From positions 257,378 to 321,377 of the forward strand of contig JAFUSN010000003.1 of the NCBI GenBank assembly GCA_017467625.1: DNA of 64,000 nt. The letters are read 5' to 3'. A program made the position numbers and the translations under genes. Position 1 is the stretch's first letter; the number at the start of each line of letters is the position of its first letter. The notes below the pieces were generated by a model. That model did not search any database, was not told the DNA's origin, and saw only the letters and a program-made list of their open reading frames with translations. Below, one piece after another: positions 13,201 to 28,200 of this stretch. This stretch comes from Clostridia bacterium. GTDB taxonomy: Bacteria > Bacillota > Clostridia > Christensenellales > UBA1242.

Positions 13201-16200
13201 AAGATTTCACTATTTTCAATAATACAGACCAATCAGAAGAGTATGATGTTTACATTAGAGATAATGAATATTATATTTATTCATCCGATCATAAAACAGT
13301 TTACATTGTTTCTGGTACAACAGTTGATTCATCAACTCTATTTGATGATATTGTTAATTATATAACAAATGCTTATACATTCTCTGGGTGGTATGTTCAA
13401 ACTCAAAATAATGATAACAACATTTGGTCTAATTTTGAATTATTCTCAACTTCACTCCACAGACCATTTATTAGCGCAATAACAACAAACATCAATATTG
13501 TTGCTGTATTCTCTGCTTTGACCAATGTTAAAATTTCATATAATCCAAACGAGTTAAATGTTTCATTTGCATCAAGCCTTGATTCTCGTGGCATGCTTAC
13601 ACAAACAAATTACATAACATCTGAATACTATTCAATTTCTGGTTGGTTTAACTTTGTTTCAGATGTTTTGGTTCAAGTTTCTCCAGTTGGTGGATTTAGA
13701 CTTGGTGGAAAAGATGGATTATATTCTGTTATTTCTTCAAGTAATTCAACTTTAGCTAAATTTGACTTGAATTCAACTTCTAATCCATTTGGCTTTATGA
13801 AATACACTAGTGGTTCACTCGTGAATGTTAGAAATTCGCAAATTTCACTAACTGAAGTTAATTATTTTGATGTAAATCTTGCGAATTACATGAAAAAATG
13901 TGGAAAGTTTGTTTCTAATAATAACATTAAAGCTGAATCAATATTAGATATTTTCCTTGAGTCAGAATTTGTTGTTTTAACCTACTTTAAAGTTGATGAT
14001 TACTTTGGAATAAGAACTTCTGATAGTGGTGACGATGGATATCAAACCAGAGTTATACTTTATGAAGAAGAAATAGCAAATCCAAGTAACAGAACTACCC
14101 TTTTAATGACAAAGCTTGGAAACACAACAAATTCACTTCAATATGAAGTAGAACCACAACGTGATAATGCAAATAATGAAATTATATGCAGAGCTGTCGA
14201 CGGTTCAACATCGCTTGAATTTTATGGATACTTTGATAGGGATAAATATACTGGTTCAAGTGCAACTCACAGACTTATTGCATGTGTTAACACGCCAAAT
14301 AAAAGTTCGCAAGAGTATAATGCATGGATGATTAATGGAACTAATAATGGTTATCCTGAAGTATCTAATGGTTATACTATTGAAGGACATCCTATTTCTG
14401 GTGCAAAAGCCGAACAAGAAATCAAATTCTTTTTCAATGATGAATCTATTAACAATGATTATCTACTTTCAAGTGACAACCATGTAATTCATCTTCATGC
14501 TAGAAAAGCGACAAAATCAGCTTTAACAATCCAAGAAGAGTTTTGGGCTGTAAACAATGGTAGTTTACAAAAAGAAGAAACTGTTACCCATTCTATTCCA
14601 ATTTCATTTGTGTATAACATTAAATACATGGAAGATGGAACATTAAATGGAAATTTTGTTTATAACCAAATATCTCCAAAAACTTATGAATTTACAACAG
14701 AAGCTAATGATGGCACAGCAAGTGGATTTATTGCTCGTGCTATAATAAACGAAACATATAGATATGTTTATGATGGAGCAAACTACTATATGTTTGTTGG
14801 ATTTAAAGTTTCAACTAATCACAATGAAGTTATCTCGACACAAATGATGTATACTTTCAATGAAGCACCTGATGGAACTTTAACCGCAATTTACATTAAA
14901 ATTTTACCAATTGAGATAAATATTACATCTGGTGGTGATTATAATATCACTATCTCTTGTGATGCATTCACAAATGTATATAGAGATATTTCTGTTTCTG
15001 AAATTGGAATTGCTACTAATAATTATGAGGAAATTGAAAATACATTTAACTTTGTTCTTTATGGATCAAGAGTAGAAATTAGACCAATTGCATCAGCAAA
15101 TTATGAACTTTCATATGCGGCAGCCACCAAAGGTGGAGTTAATGATCCTTCGGTTAGTGTTAACAGTCCAAATAAAGTAATATCAAATTATAACGAGAAA
15201 TATACATTCTCTTACGGTTTCTCAACAACCAATATAATCACAATAAAGCAATATTTACTTTCATCAACAAGCCAATCATCTCTTGCTAGTCTTTATACTG
15301 ATGAATACTTTACTTTCCTATCCAAAGATGAATTAACGAATGATCAAATTATTAATTATATTTCTGACATTAACAACAAAACAACTTTAAATATTGCCAA
15401 TGGCGGTGATTTTTATATCTACTTCCTTATTAATTCATCAAAGTCAATAACTGGAATCTATTCAAATGGCAAATTATTACTTTCAGCTTCTGATGTGTCA
15501 TTAATTGATTCACAGGATGTTGGAGATGGATATAGCATAAAGAAAATTAAGTATTCATCTTATAATGATTCATTTGTTTCAGGAGATATTTCTCTTGACA
15601 TTAGATTCTCAACAATTGTCTCTCTTAGAACTGAAATTGTTGGAATTGGACTTAAATCAGGATCATATCCATATGAAACAGTGTTTGATGAATCAATATA
15701 TCAAGATGGAAGATATATCGTTGCAAGTCTTGGAGATGAAAATCTTTATTTAACACCATCAACAAATGTAACAAATGGTGTTGAAATTGCCGCAGGTGAT
15801 AATGTTAACTTTAATCTTAATGTCTTATATAATTCCAAGTATTCATTTGTTTATTATTACTACTATGCAAAATATCAACTTCCAGAAGAAAAAGATGGTT
15901 ATTACGAAATTAAAATTGGTAACCATACATACCTTTTAAAGAAAACTTCAAACAATACAATTGAAGAACCTCTTTATATTGGTTCAACCGATGCCACAGG
16001 ACAACTTGTGTTATTGGAATCAGGCTTATATGCAAAACCTGAACTGTATGTTGAAGGTTCAACTAAATATGCAATGCTTGAAACAAAGATTGGTAATACA
16101 CCAATAGCTTCTTTAATTGTTGACGCAAACATGTTGAGCAATATGATTAATGATAACTTAACAATTTATGCAAAATTCTCTGAAATTACAACCGTTAATA

Positions 16201-19200
16201 TTTCAAAAAATATCACTATTCACACTGACGATTTAAGTTATTATGATAATTTAAGTACTAGAAATGAATTCTTTAACTTCTTCAATGCAAAAATTAAATA
16301 TACTAACGCATCTAGAACAGTTATTGAGGAAACATTAACTTATGATATTTTTGAACATAGCTACAAAACTATCACAATTGCTAAGGATTCTGAAATAACA
16401 ATTACACCATACATTTCATCACATGTTGTAAATCGATATATTCCAGCCGATGTTTTGGAAGTTAAAGCCGGTGGAACAACTCGTCACAATGCAAATTTAG
16501 AGAGTAATAACTTTGTAATACAAACAAAAATCCCTACACTTATTTCATATACGATTCTTGATATGACACTTAATTTCTTAAGTTCATACACAGTAACAAT
16601 TGAGAGAACAATTAATGGACAAAAATTGAATTCGCAAGTTTCAAGTTTAACAACTCCAACACAATTAATGCCACTTATTAATGTCTCATCAGTAACTGAA
16701 TATTCAAATATCAAAGGAACCAGCTTCACTGAAACAGTATTCCTTTCAACACACAATAGTTATACAAAAGTTAACGATTTATCGTTTGTTAGAAATTATC
16801 AAAATGATTATGCAACTCTCACCTATCCAATTAATGGAACTCCAATAAATTACACAACACAAACAGTTTCAACATCAATTAATTTACCTTCAGATACACA
16901 AATTGAAAACTTATTATTTGATGGTTGGTATTTAAACGGAATATTATATTCAACAAAAGATACTATTAAATTGCCAATTAATGAAGTTTCAACCGATGGT
17001 TTAATCTTGATATATCAAACAAATGGTGAACAAAAAACAATTGTACAATTAGTTGAACTTACTTTTGATTCAACAAATAATAGATATAAATTTGAATATA
17101 ATTCATCAACTTATTATATTGATTTAACTGACAATCTTGAGAATTTTACTGGTTCAATTGTTAATGAGTCAAATGCATTTAATTATATATACATTCCTTC
17201 GGATAATATAACTTTAACTGCAGCATATTCAACTTATACTAAAGTTAGTTATCAAACAAATCCAACTACAGAAACTGGTGATAATCTTGTTCAAGCAACA
17301 CTAACAGGAAATCTTTTAGGAATTGTTTCAAATAATTCATCAATCACCTCAGAAGTTGGATCATATTCACTTGTTTATGATGAAATTGATGTAACTAATA
17401 GATATGAAAATATATTTACATCTAAATTAAGTTCTTCAAAAGAGTATCTTGGAGAATATAGGCTTATTTCAACAATTGACTCCTATTTAATTGATAATTA
17501 CCACGCAGCATATGTTTTAAGCGGTTCAAATCTGTTAATTACAGCAGGCCACTTAATTGGATACCGAGTAATTGGTTATCAGTACACTGGTAGAAGGATT
17601 ACTGTTTCATCAAGAATAAATGCATCTGGTGAAATAATTTATAGCTATGGTATAACCCCATTTACAACGCCAATTTCAATTGAATCAGTTTCTGAAAATA
17701 ATTCTATGGGTTATTTAACCATTGGAAACAATGAACTATTTACTGATATAACCATTACAGTTCTTTACGAAAAAGTTTATGAGGTATCAACAGTTGTTTC
17801 AACTATTGGTGAATATGATGATGACAAAATTGCAACAGCCGCACCTGGAGGTTCAATTGAAATTTCATCATATAATAGCAATAATGACATTGATGTTAGT
17901 GATGGAACATTCTACTCCGATACTTATGACGTCATTAGAATTAAGTGCATACCAAATGAAGGATACACATTTGTAGGTTTATATCTAAATGGCAAATATT
18001 TGGGTGCCAATGAACTAACATTCGACACTTATAATTATGAAAAGATTATTGATATAATTCCTGATAATTTAGGTTTTGCTGAAAATAATAGACAAAGTAT
18101 TGTTTTTGAAGCTAGATTTGCAAAAAATGTTGATTTTTCTATTAGAATTGAAATTAATAATTCCTCATCAGTAAAAGAAATTTTTGATAGATATGGAATT
18201 ACAAAAGAAAATCATTCAACCGGTTTAAATATCAATGTTAAATTACAATCAATCTATGATAGCATTTCATACGGATCATCAACTGATGAATTTAATATGG
18301 AATCAGCAACTGATCTTCAAACTAATGTTTGGGAAACTCCAATAACAAAGGTTAAACAAGGTCATGCATATGATAGTTCTCTTGAATATTTCACAGATCC
18401 TAATGGTGAAAATATTTACACATATTCACCTGCTGATTCTGCAAACTGGACAACTCTTCAAACTGCAACTGAAGGAAATGCTCTTTATGTTCGTGATAAT
18501 AGATATTTAATTATGAACTTTACAGTTGCCTATGGAACATATGTGCAACTTAGTGTTCCGGAGACAGATAATAATCAAATTAGATTATCATCTGGAACAT
18601 CAATTTATTACAAGGGTTGGCATTTATATAGACCATCTTTGCATGAACATCCTGTAATAACTGACAATAATATGCTTGAATTCTTTGCAACACATGACTA
18701 TTACAGTTCAACAATGGAATTTGTTGCAGTATTTAATACTGATTCATCAAGTCACTCAACTGATACTCATGCAATAGCTGAATTTATTGATGAAACATCA
18801 AATACATTGCTTAGAACAATGAACCCAGACAATATTGATATTTCCAATTATAATAATGGAATTCTGACAATAAGTGGAAATAACTACTTATTCACTGGTT
18901 GGTGGAATAGAATTTTAGATTCTTCTAGACCAACAACTGATATATTAATTTCAAATAATTTCTTGGAATATATAAACAAAGATCTTCCAAGAGTTAATAA
19001 TCTCATTGCGAAATTTGTTAAAATTAACCCAATTTCAATTACATTACCTACCCCACAATCAGGTTATATAACAACAAATCTTACATATAGATATTTCTAC
19101 ACTGCAACCAGTGTAACAGACAACAGAGTTCAAATTGTAACTAGCGATAGTGATGAAAGATTTAAATTAACATTTAACGTTCCAGTGGACACATATTTGT

Positions 19201-22200
19201 CATCAACAAAAACATATGCATATTCTGGTCACTATTACACAATCAATAATTCAGGTACAAGAAATAATTACGCAAGTTATACAATTCCTACTGAACAAAG
19301 ACTAAATAATACTATTGGAACAAGATATTCTCCTAATGTGGTTTATTATGCGGTTCAAAATTCAACAATTTATTATCTTGATTTAGTAAATAGAAAGGCT
19401 TACACAGAAGTCTATGTCGACGGAAATTCAATTGCATTTAGAAATGAATACACTGAAATAACATTCACAGCTTCAAGTGTTAAATTTGGAACTATTGAAA
19501 GAAGTATTGAAACTGGTCAGTATGTCATTATTGAAAATAACATTCATTTTCTCGCATATGATAAGTTGTATGCTGATTTGTTCTATGTGAACGAATCATC
19601 TTTAGCAAATTATAGAGTAAGTAACAGTATTGTTATTCATAATGAAAATAATGCCAATATTTCGATTGGATTATCAACATTTGAATCTGTTAAAAAAGCA
19701 GGATATAATTACAATGTTGAAAGCGATTATGATCATCTTTCAATTATAAATGGTGGTCACACAATAAGCTACATTGTAACAACTGTTGAAGATGATGGCC
19801 ATTATGGTTCAATTTATGATAATACTGCGGGTGGATCAATTTCATCAATTAAAATCAGAACAACCGGTGGAACAAATTCAACTTCCCAATATATTTATTC
19901 AGCCACATATCCAATTCTTGAAATTACTCTAGCACCAAATGTTAACTATACATTTGTGGGACTATATATCAATGATAAATATGTTCAAAATTCATATAAC
20001 AACCTTAACTTGATAATTGACTTGAGTTTATATGATACCGACCTTGTAATTGATGCAAGATTTTCAAAGAACATTTCAATTGAATATAGACTTTCTGTTG
20101 GAAGAAATGACTCAAGAGCATATATTTATGATGATCTCAAAATTATTAATAATGAACTTGCCCTTTCGGGAACTATATCAAATGTTTACAACTCAATTAA
20201 TGCAACATTTGGAGATGATATAGAATTTGGTTCATCAATTGTTTTTAGTGATATTGATATCAAACAATCAGCAGAGGCTTTGTCTTATATTATTACAGTT
20301 CCATATGGAACAAGGCTTACATTCTCAACTGAAAGAACGACAATTCATTCACAATTGGGCGCTGAGTATAAATTTAATGGTTGGTATGTATTTGAAAACG
20401 GTATTATAACAACAAATACACCTGTAACATCCAGTCCAACATTTACAGTTTATGCCGTAAATGATTCTGACGGAAATTCATTAAGTTTTGTTGCTGATTA
20501 TGAGATTGATGCAAACACACCTGGATCACTTTCAGAAATTAGTAACATTGAACTTTACACTTCAACCTCAACCACACCATTAACATTCAGTGAAATTGAA
20601 TTTAATTCAAGATATAAGAGAAATAACCCTAATGCATCAATAGTTACCATTGAAGGTAAAAAGTATTTATTTACTGGTTGGTGGCAAGTAATAAGAGATG
20701 ATTATAAGATTTTCGTTTCAAATATTGTTAACGCAACATCTCTTCCAAACCGAAGAATAGGAAGATATGTTGAACTTACGGATATTACAATAAAATTCTC
20801 TGAAAAATCTGCAATTTCTATTGAAGCAAATTTACATCAAGCATTTAGTTACATTCAATCAACAACTTTAAGTTCTTCAATGTTAAATGCAAGAATTGAT
20901 AGTGAAAGCAATACATTTGTTGTAACAACAACAATAAATAGTGCACTTACAAATGTACGTGTTAAAGCGCATAACAGTTATTATTTCAGAAATACTGAAC
21001 CAAATGAGTATGGTAATTATCCATATGATATTACATCTATATATCTAGATAGAATTGATGATGAATTTGTTATTTCAACAAACATCGCTGAAATAGCTGA
21101 TGTGTATATGAGATATTCAAAGATTTATTCAGGTGATGATGAATTTGCATATAATGTTGAGCATGAAATTCAAGAAGATAAACTTGTTGTGTTTGTTCAA
21201 AATAATGCAAACTCATTTAAAGTTTCAATTGTTGCTCAAAATATATCTAAAACTGAGGCAAACTCTAAAGCAACAGCATCTTCAATGATTTACATTGCTT
21301 CCACAAACATTCACTCACCTAGTCTTTCACAAATTCAATCTCTTGAATCATCTGTAAAAACGGTTTATATTAATGGACAAACAGTATTTATTTTAAATAA
21401 TACAATATATGAAAGTTTAGAAGCATACAAAACCTACTACGATTTAAGTAAACAAATAATTCCAAATTTGACTGGCTATTCAATTGTTACACTTTCAGGA
21501 ACATACTATTTAACAAATTCAAATACTTTTGTTGATAATGATAATAACCTAATTGACAATTCAATAGTATTTGGAGCATCAGACGCAGTAATTGTTATGG
21601 ATTACACAGTAAATTCATCAAATCCTTACACTCTTTATGTATATTCATCAGTAAGTTCAAAGTATCGACTTATAGAACCTATTGGTGCAAACAATGTTGT
21701 ATGTCAAATCAGAAACACTGAAACAAATGAAAATTTAACATTGCCAATTTCATTTAATGCTCCAGACAAATTTTATTCTGTTTACACAAAACTTAATATT
21801 TCATTAGTAAAAGAGTATCGAAAAGAAAGTTTTGTTGGATTTAAGATTTTATATGATAATGGAAAATCAATCTTATATGATGCAAAAACATATGGATATT
21901 CATTCTCAATTGTTGTTACTGAATCAATCACAATTATTGCTCAATTTGAAGATGCAGTTAACACTCAAGATCACACAAATTATGATGAAACAACTGTTCC
22001 AGATATAAATTATGGCTCGAGTGTCGTGTTTGGTGATGGTGACGAATCTCAAGATGAATACCCTGTAACACTTTATACTGCACAAGAAGGTTATTACATT
22101 CAATTGATTACAATTTATACAGTGGATATAAACGGTGATCAAGTAATATATCAATTTGATTTTGATTTAAAAACAAATTTATTCAACCCTAATGGTAATA

Positions 22201-25200
22201 TTCCTTCGGGTATAAGTGTTGTTGGTGACGATGAAAGCAAGGTTCAAGATTCATTTGGTCAGTTCTTCTATAAATCAGTTAAAGTTGCAGCGCCTGAGAA
22301 CGCAACTGTTGAAACGCTAACTTACAAAATTTATACATTAAACATAACTATTACTCAAAATGAAGTTGGCTCTTGGCCACAGATCACAATGCTCTATCCA
22401 CATGACTACTTGCAAAATAATATTTACAACACTCCTCGTTATGTTCAGTATCAAGGCATTATTAACAATGACACACTTCTTGAGTATATTAAAAATAATC
22501 TCCTTGATGGAACAAGAGATTATGAACTTGGAACAGGATTTAATTTTTCTAACACTCTCGTAACAGCTGGAACTTCTTCAAGATTTATTGATGGTTTCTA
22601 CACAATGAGTATTGATAACGCTTCTAATTATGTTTCAAATGTTTTACCAAAACTTGATGGAAACACATCTGATGTTGATGCAAGTGGAAAATTCACTAAA
22701 TACTTTATTCAAATTTCAACAAACTCCCCTGTTTCATACAGTTTAAGATATAACTTCCAGACTCAGGGTAAAATTAGAGTTTATGTTCATCCATATTATT
22801 ATGATACAAATGAATCTACTAATTACAATCCAAATCTCGAACAAAGTTTAATTTTACCAAGTGTCGATGAAAGAGAGTTTGTAACAAATTCAATTCATGT
22901 CGGAAATAAAGAAGATATAAATGGCAACATTCAATTAGATGACTCAATTACATACGAATTGAATAAAAATGATTATGAACATAGAGGTAATACGGGAAGT
23001 TCTGAAATTAAAGGTGTTTGGTACTATGAAATTTCATATTACTTCTCTGATCCACTTTCATTATATTTTGATTCTCAATATCTATCATTTGATAAATTCT
23101 ATTATTACGATACAAATAATAATAAACAATATTTATCAAGATCATACTATGAAGAAGAATATAAAGTTAATAACATGAATCCATTGACATTAAAAACGAA
23201 TAACTCATCATTAACAATGTCCTATGATGAATATTTGAAAATTTTGGCAGTCACAAGGAAAGATGTTGATCCAAAATTAATTACTTCTGAATCAATGATA
23301 AATTCACTTACTCCTGATGAATCTGTTTTAGTTCTTCATTGTGATGCAAAAGAAGATATTAAATCAACAATATTAAAATTTGATTTCAATCAGCCAACAA
23401 TTAATTTGAGTTTCAGAATGAATGATGATACATACACTTCAACAGTTGATGCATCATATTCAAATGGAAATCAAAAAACCGTAACTTTGTCAGCAGATAA
23501 TGGTAAAGAATATTCAATTACTATTCAAAGTTATGAGTTAAATGAAAGTTATTATATGCGATTAATTTATTCAAAAGAATTAATAGCAAATAATGCAAAT
23601 TTCACAATTAACCTAAAGAATTTTATACCTAAAGACCAATATAAAGGAACGGTATTAAATTCTGAAAATAGTAAAATTAAAATTTTTGAGACTGATACAG
23701 CAACATATAAATTTAACAATGCTTACTGCACTAACACAACTCAAACAATCAATATAAACAATGAAATAGATCAATCCCCTAAAATTTCATTTGTACTTGG
23801 TGATACTTTCTCAGATTCAAATGAAATTAATATTGAAACTCGTTTAATGAATAAGATTTTACTTGCAAATGATAAATCAAATGCTGGATTGATAAATATT
23901 TCAATTTCAAAACCTGATAAATCAATTAATGATAATCCAGTAATTATTTCAAATGAAACCACTACTGATTATGCGAATTATGTTCTGGCATATGCAGAAA
24001 CTAATTCAGTTGTAAGAGTGTTTGCAGAACATCCTAATAGATATATGTTTAATTCAAACTTAACAAGTTCACTAAGCAGTATTATTGATGTTATTGAAGG
24101 TCGTTCAACATCATATAGTTATAATGAAACATGGGCAACTCAAACTATTTCAACAATGAAATCTATTGCAACATTAACAACATCCCCTTCAACGGTTAAT
24201 CAACAATATACATATGTGCCTAATTCAAATGCAGCATTCTTAGTTGACTACTATGGTTGCGATTCAGAAATTCAACCAACTAAAATTGTTGGAATTATTG
24301 CTCCGGGAAATGCATCATCATTCATTCCAAGTGGTGATGATTCAATAATAACCACAATATCTTCATATGAAAGTGGCTTTAATTTCATTATTGAAATCAC
24401 TAAACTTGAATCCGAAACATCTGTTTCTTACAAACAACAAATCAATGGTGAATATTATTCAGCAACTCAAGTTATTGAAGAAAATGGAAAACTTTATACA
24501 ACAAATAAAGATGATAGCAAAGTTGCTATTTATTCAATACCAAAGTTTGAAAATACAACTATAAAGATGTTCTTAAATGATCCACAAGTTAAACAATACA
24601 TCTTGCTAGTTTCAGCAAATCTTAATAAAACACTTATTAGAACTGGAATATTCTATCAAATGATTCTTCCAGAACTTGAAACTTCTGTTGAAATTGATTA
24701 TGTAACCGAAAGAACAATTGATGAGTATGATGTAGCTGAATATTCATCAACATCAGTTTTATACACATTAAATACTTCAGCATCATTTACAACAGCAGGT
24801 TCTTACGATCCTAATGAAACATATTTCCAAGCTTCAACTAAAACAGCACCTGTTCATGGTATGACGCTTGATTATTTAGGAAAAACATACTATATAGTTG
24901 GAAATAGCACTTATGAATCAATTACACTTGATAATGGTGAAATTTCAACTCCTCTTTCAACACCAATCAACACTTCACTCAATGCGCTTAAATTACTTCC
25001 TCATTATGAGTATGACAATTATTATGTCGTTGCATTAAGACTTGGTTATTATTATTCACATGTTTCTCTGGAAAATAGAACATTCTATTATGGTTATAAA
25101 AACACTTCATCAGAAGAACCTAAATTCTATGAAATCATTAATGGAAACTTTGTTGAAAAATCATCAGTTCTTTCACCTAACTCAGATCTTTCAATTTCAT

Positions 25201-28200
25201 TCTTTGAAGATGATGTTTTATACACGCTATTAATTGATAAAGTTAAAGTAATTAAGCGCGATATGATAACTATTAATAGTGAAAGCTTATCAATTTCAAT
25301 TAAGGCAGATATTTATAATTCAGAGTATAAAGAATACACACGTTCATTGACTGGAGAACTTGTTCAACTTGATGAATCAAATTCTTCAAATAACAATGAT
25401 ATATTCCTTAAATTAATTCAAGAAAGAGAATTAGAAGTTCGTTCATTGGTTTATAATGATCAAAAATATTATATAAATAATGAATTCCAAACTTTAGTTA
25501 TTTATAAAGAAATTGAACTTATGAATGAGGTGACCGAGTTTACTTACGAAATTGATCCAAGTAATGACAAATTCATAATAATTCACGATTCTGATGACAA
25601 CACAAATACTGTTGAAACTCAACTGGAAAAACAAATGTTGACCTCAGTTCAGTATCAAAAACAAAATTACTTTGTTTATGAAAATAAATTATATATTTCA
25701 TATCCATACAATGAAGAATCTGTTGTTGATTTTGAATATAACATATATCCAGTTAAAATTACATATAACAACTTTGATTATATTCGTGAAACCGCTTCAG
25801 CAGATGAAACAATTACATATGTATCACAAGTTAATAACAACCGAATTACATATAATACAAGAACACAACTTGTAACAAATGAAGTTGATGATATCACAGA
25901 CAGTGCTGAAATTTCTAAAGTTAAATATGTGTATATTGATAATAATGAAATTGAAACATCGTTAGTAGTTAACAAAGCTTCAAGTGAATTATCATTAAAT
26001 TCAAGACTTTCAATCGAACACCCATCCTCAAAATCAACAAACTTAACCTTGAAATCAATAACTGCATCAGCACCACAAGGCTATATAATTAAAGGTTTTG
26101 TTGTTGCATCAAATTATGAACTTGCATCAGCAAATTCATTATGGATTTCATATAGAGTTGATGAGGGTGCTCAATTATTTGGCCTACAAGGTGAAGATTA
26201 TTATTCAAGATTTAAATATTACAATTTATATCAAATAGCATATGACGATTTATCTTCAAATTCAGATATGCCAAGTGCTTCAAATGCAACTATTACTATG
26301 AATAATAATGAAGTTACTGTAGAGTTAAACCTTGACATGAAATTATTTGGCGAATATCAAGTATATGCAATTTATTCACCTATAATCTATGAGATAAATT
26401 ATAATTTAATTAATATTCATGAGATAATTAATTCTGATACCGACGGAACTGAATATGCATATAAAGATAATTTCATAGAGACATATTATTCAAATAAAAT
26501 TTTTGAACAAGATCCAACTGTTGGATATGTAAAAGGACAAGTAATTGTATCTAATGGCAGAGATACATCACTTAGAGTATATTCAAATGCCGGAAGTAAA
26601 TATGTTGGCCATTCAGTTGCAAAAGACTCCCCTTCAACCACAATTGAAACTTTCTATGCTGGAAGTGCAGAAGAACTTGAAGATGCACAATTAACTATTC
26701 TTTCTAATGATATTTATAACTCTTCATATAGTATTATTGCACCTGACAGTTCAGTCGAAGTTGATGACACTAGATTAAATGTTTATGGTTCAGTAAATAA
26801 AGCTAATCACATAAAAATTCAAGATATAACAAATAATGTTAAATTATACTTATTCTTCAATTCAATCACCTATGCGCTTGATATTCAAATTACTGAAAGC
26901 GAAAATGGTGTCTACTTTAATAATAACTATGAAAGTGATTATTATTTGTCATATAGTCAGGAATTAACTAGAACAGAAAACTTCAACCATACTAATGAGA
27001 TAATTAAAAGTGATGATAATATTAAAAATATCCAAACAATATATCAAAATGGAAACTTATTATCTCAAGAAGAAGATAAAACTTTATTTGATGATAATAA
27101 AGGTTACTACAGAATCAGTGATGAATTATATAAAAACATTTCATCAACAGATCCACTTGTTTACACAATTTTTGATAATTATGGAAATTTAATTACAACT
27201 CAAGAAAAGTTAAATAGCACAGATAGTTCAACTATATCAAAATATAACAACTATATTGAAAAAATAACTCCAACTCCAATATTAAGCAAAACAATTGATT
27301 TCGAAATGTCTAGAAAAGTTGGTTTCTTGGTGTACAATTCAACATCAGAGTATGGTAACAGAAGTTATTTTGTTCCATCTCTATATGTATTATATTCTTC
27401 AAGTAATACTGTTCCTCAATCTTTGTCCCTTGTGCCAAATGGCCCATTTGAATACTATGTTGATAAAAATGGAAACTATTATGTACAAAGAACAATAAAT
27501 ATGTATTACATTAAACGAGTATCTGCTGAGGGATCTATAGATAACCCATATCTTGATCCAACAATTTCAGTTGAAGGATATGGCAACGGAAATACAATTT
27601 CAACATCCGTATATTTCCGTGCAATTCCATACACAGCATATGAAATTTATGCGGAATACGGAGATGAGTTTGTTGAAAATGAAATTAATAAATCAAAAGG
27701 CTTACAAATTTATCAATCAAAAAATATTGATAAAACAATAACAGAAGATGTTGTTTCATTCTCATTGGATAGATCTGTTCGAACAACAATTTCAACAAAT
27801 GTTGCCGGTGAATCAATAACGGCAAACAACACATACATTTATTCTATATTCAATTTAAATAAATCCGCAAATTCAAATGAGTATACTTATATTGATGGAT
27901 ATGTTAATCATGTTCCAATTGATGAAATTGAACTTCACACTATTGGAACATTTACCTATTTAACTCATAAAACACCACTTGAAAAGAATGGAAGGACATA
28001 TTATCTTGCTGTATCTGCAACACCAAAAGAAATTGGAACTGATGGCGATGATTGGTGGATTAATTACACAACCAGTTATATTGATAGAATTCTTTCATAT
28101 TATAATGATGATAAAAACAATGTAGTTTATAAAGAACAATATGAAAAGTATGCAAAAACATTGATTTTTGGAACTGATTTTGATACAGCTCTTGCAAATA

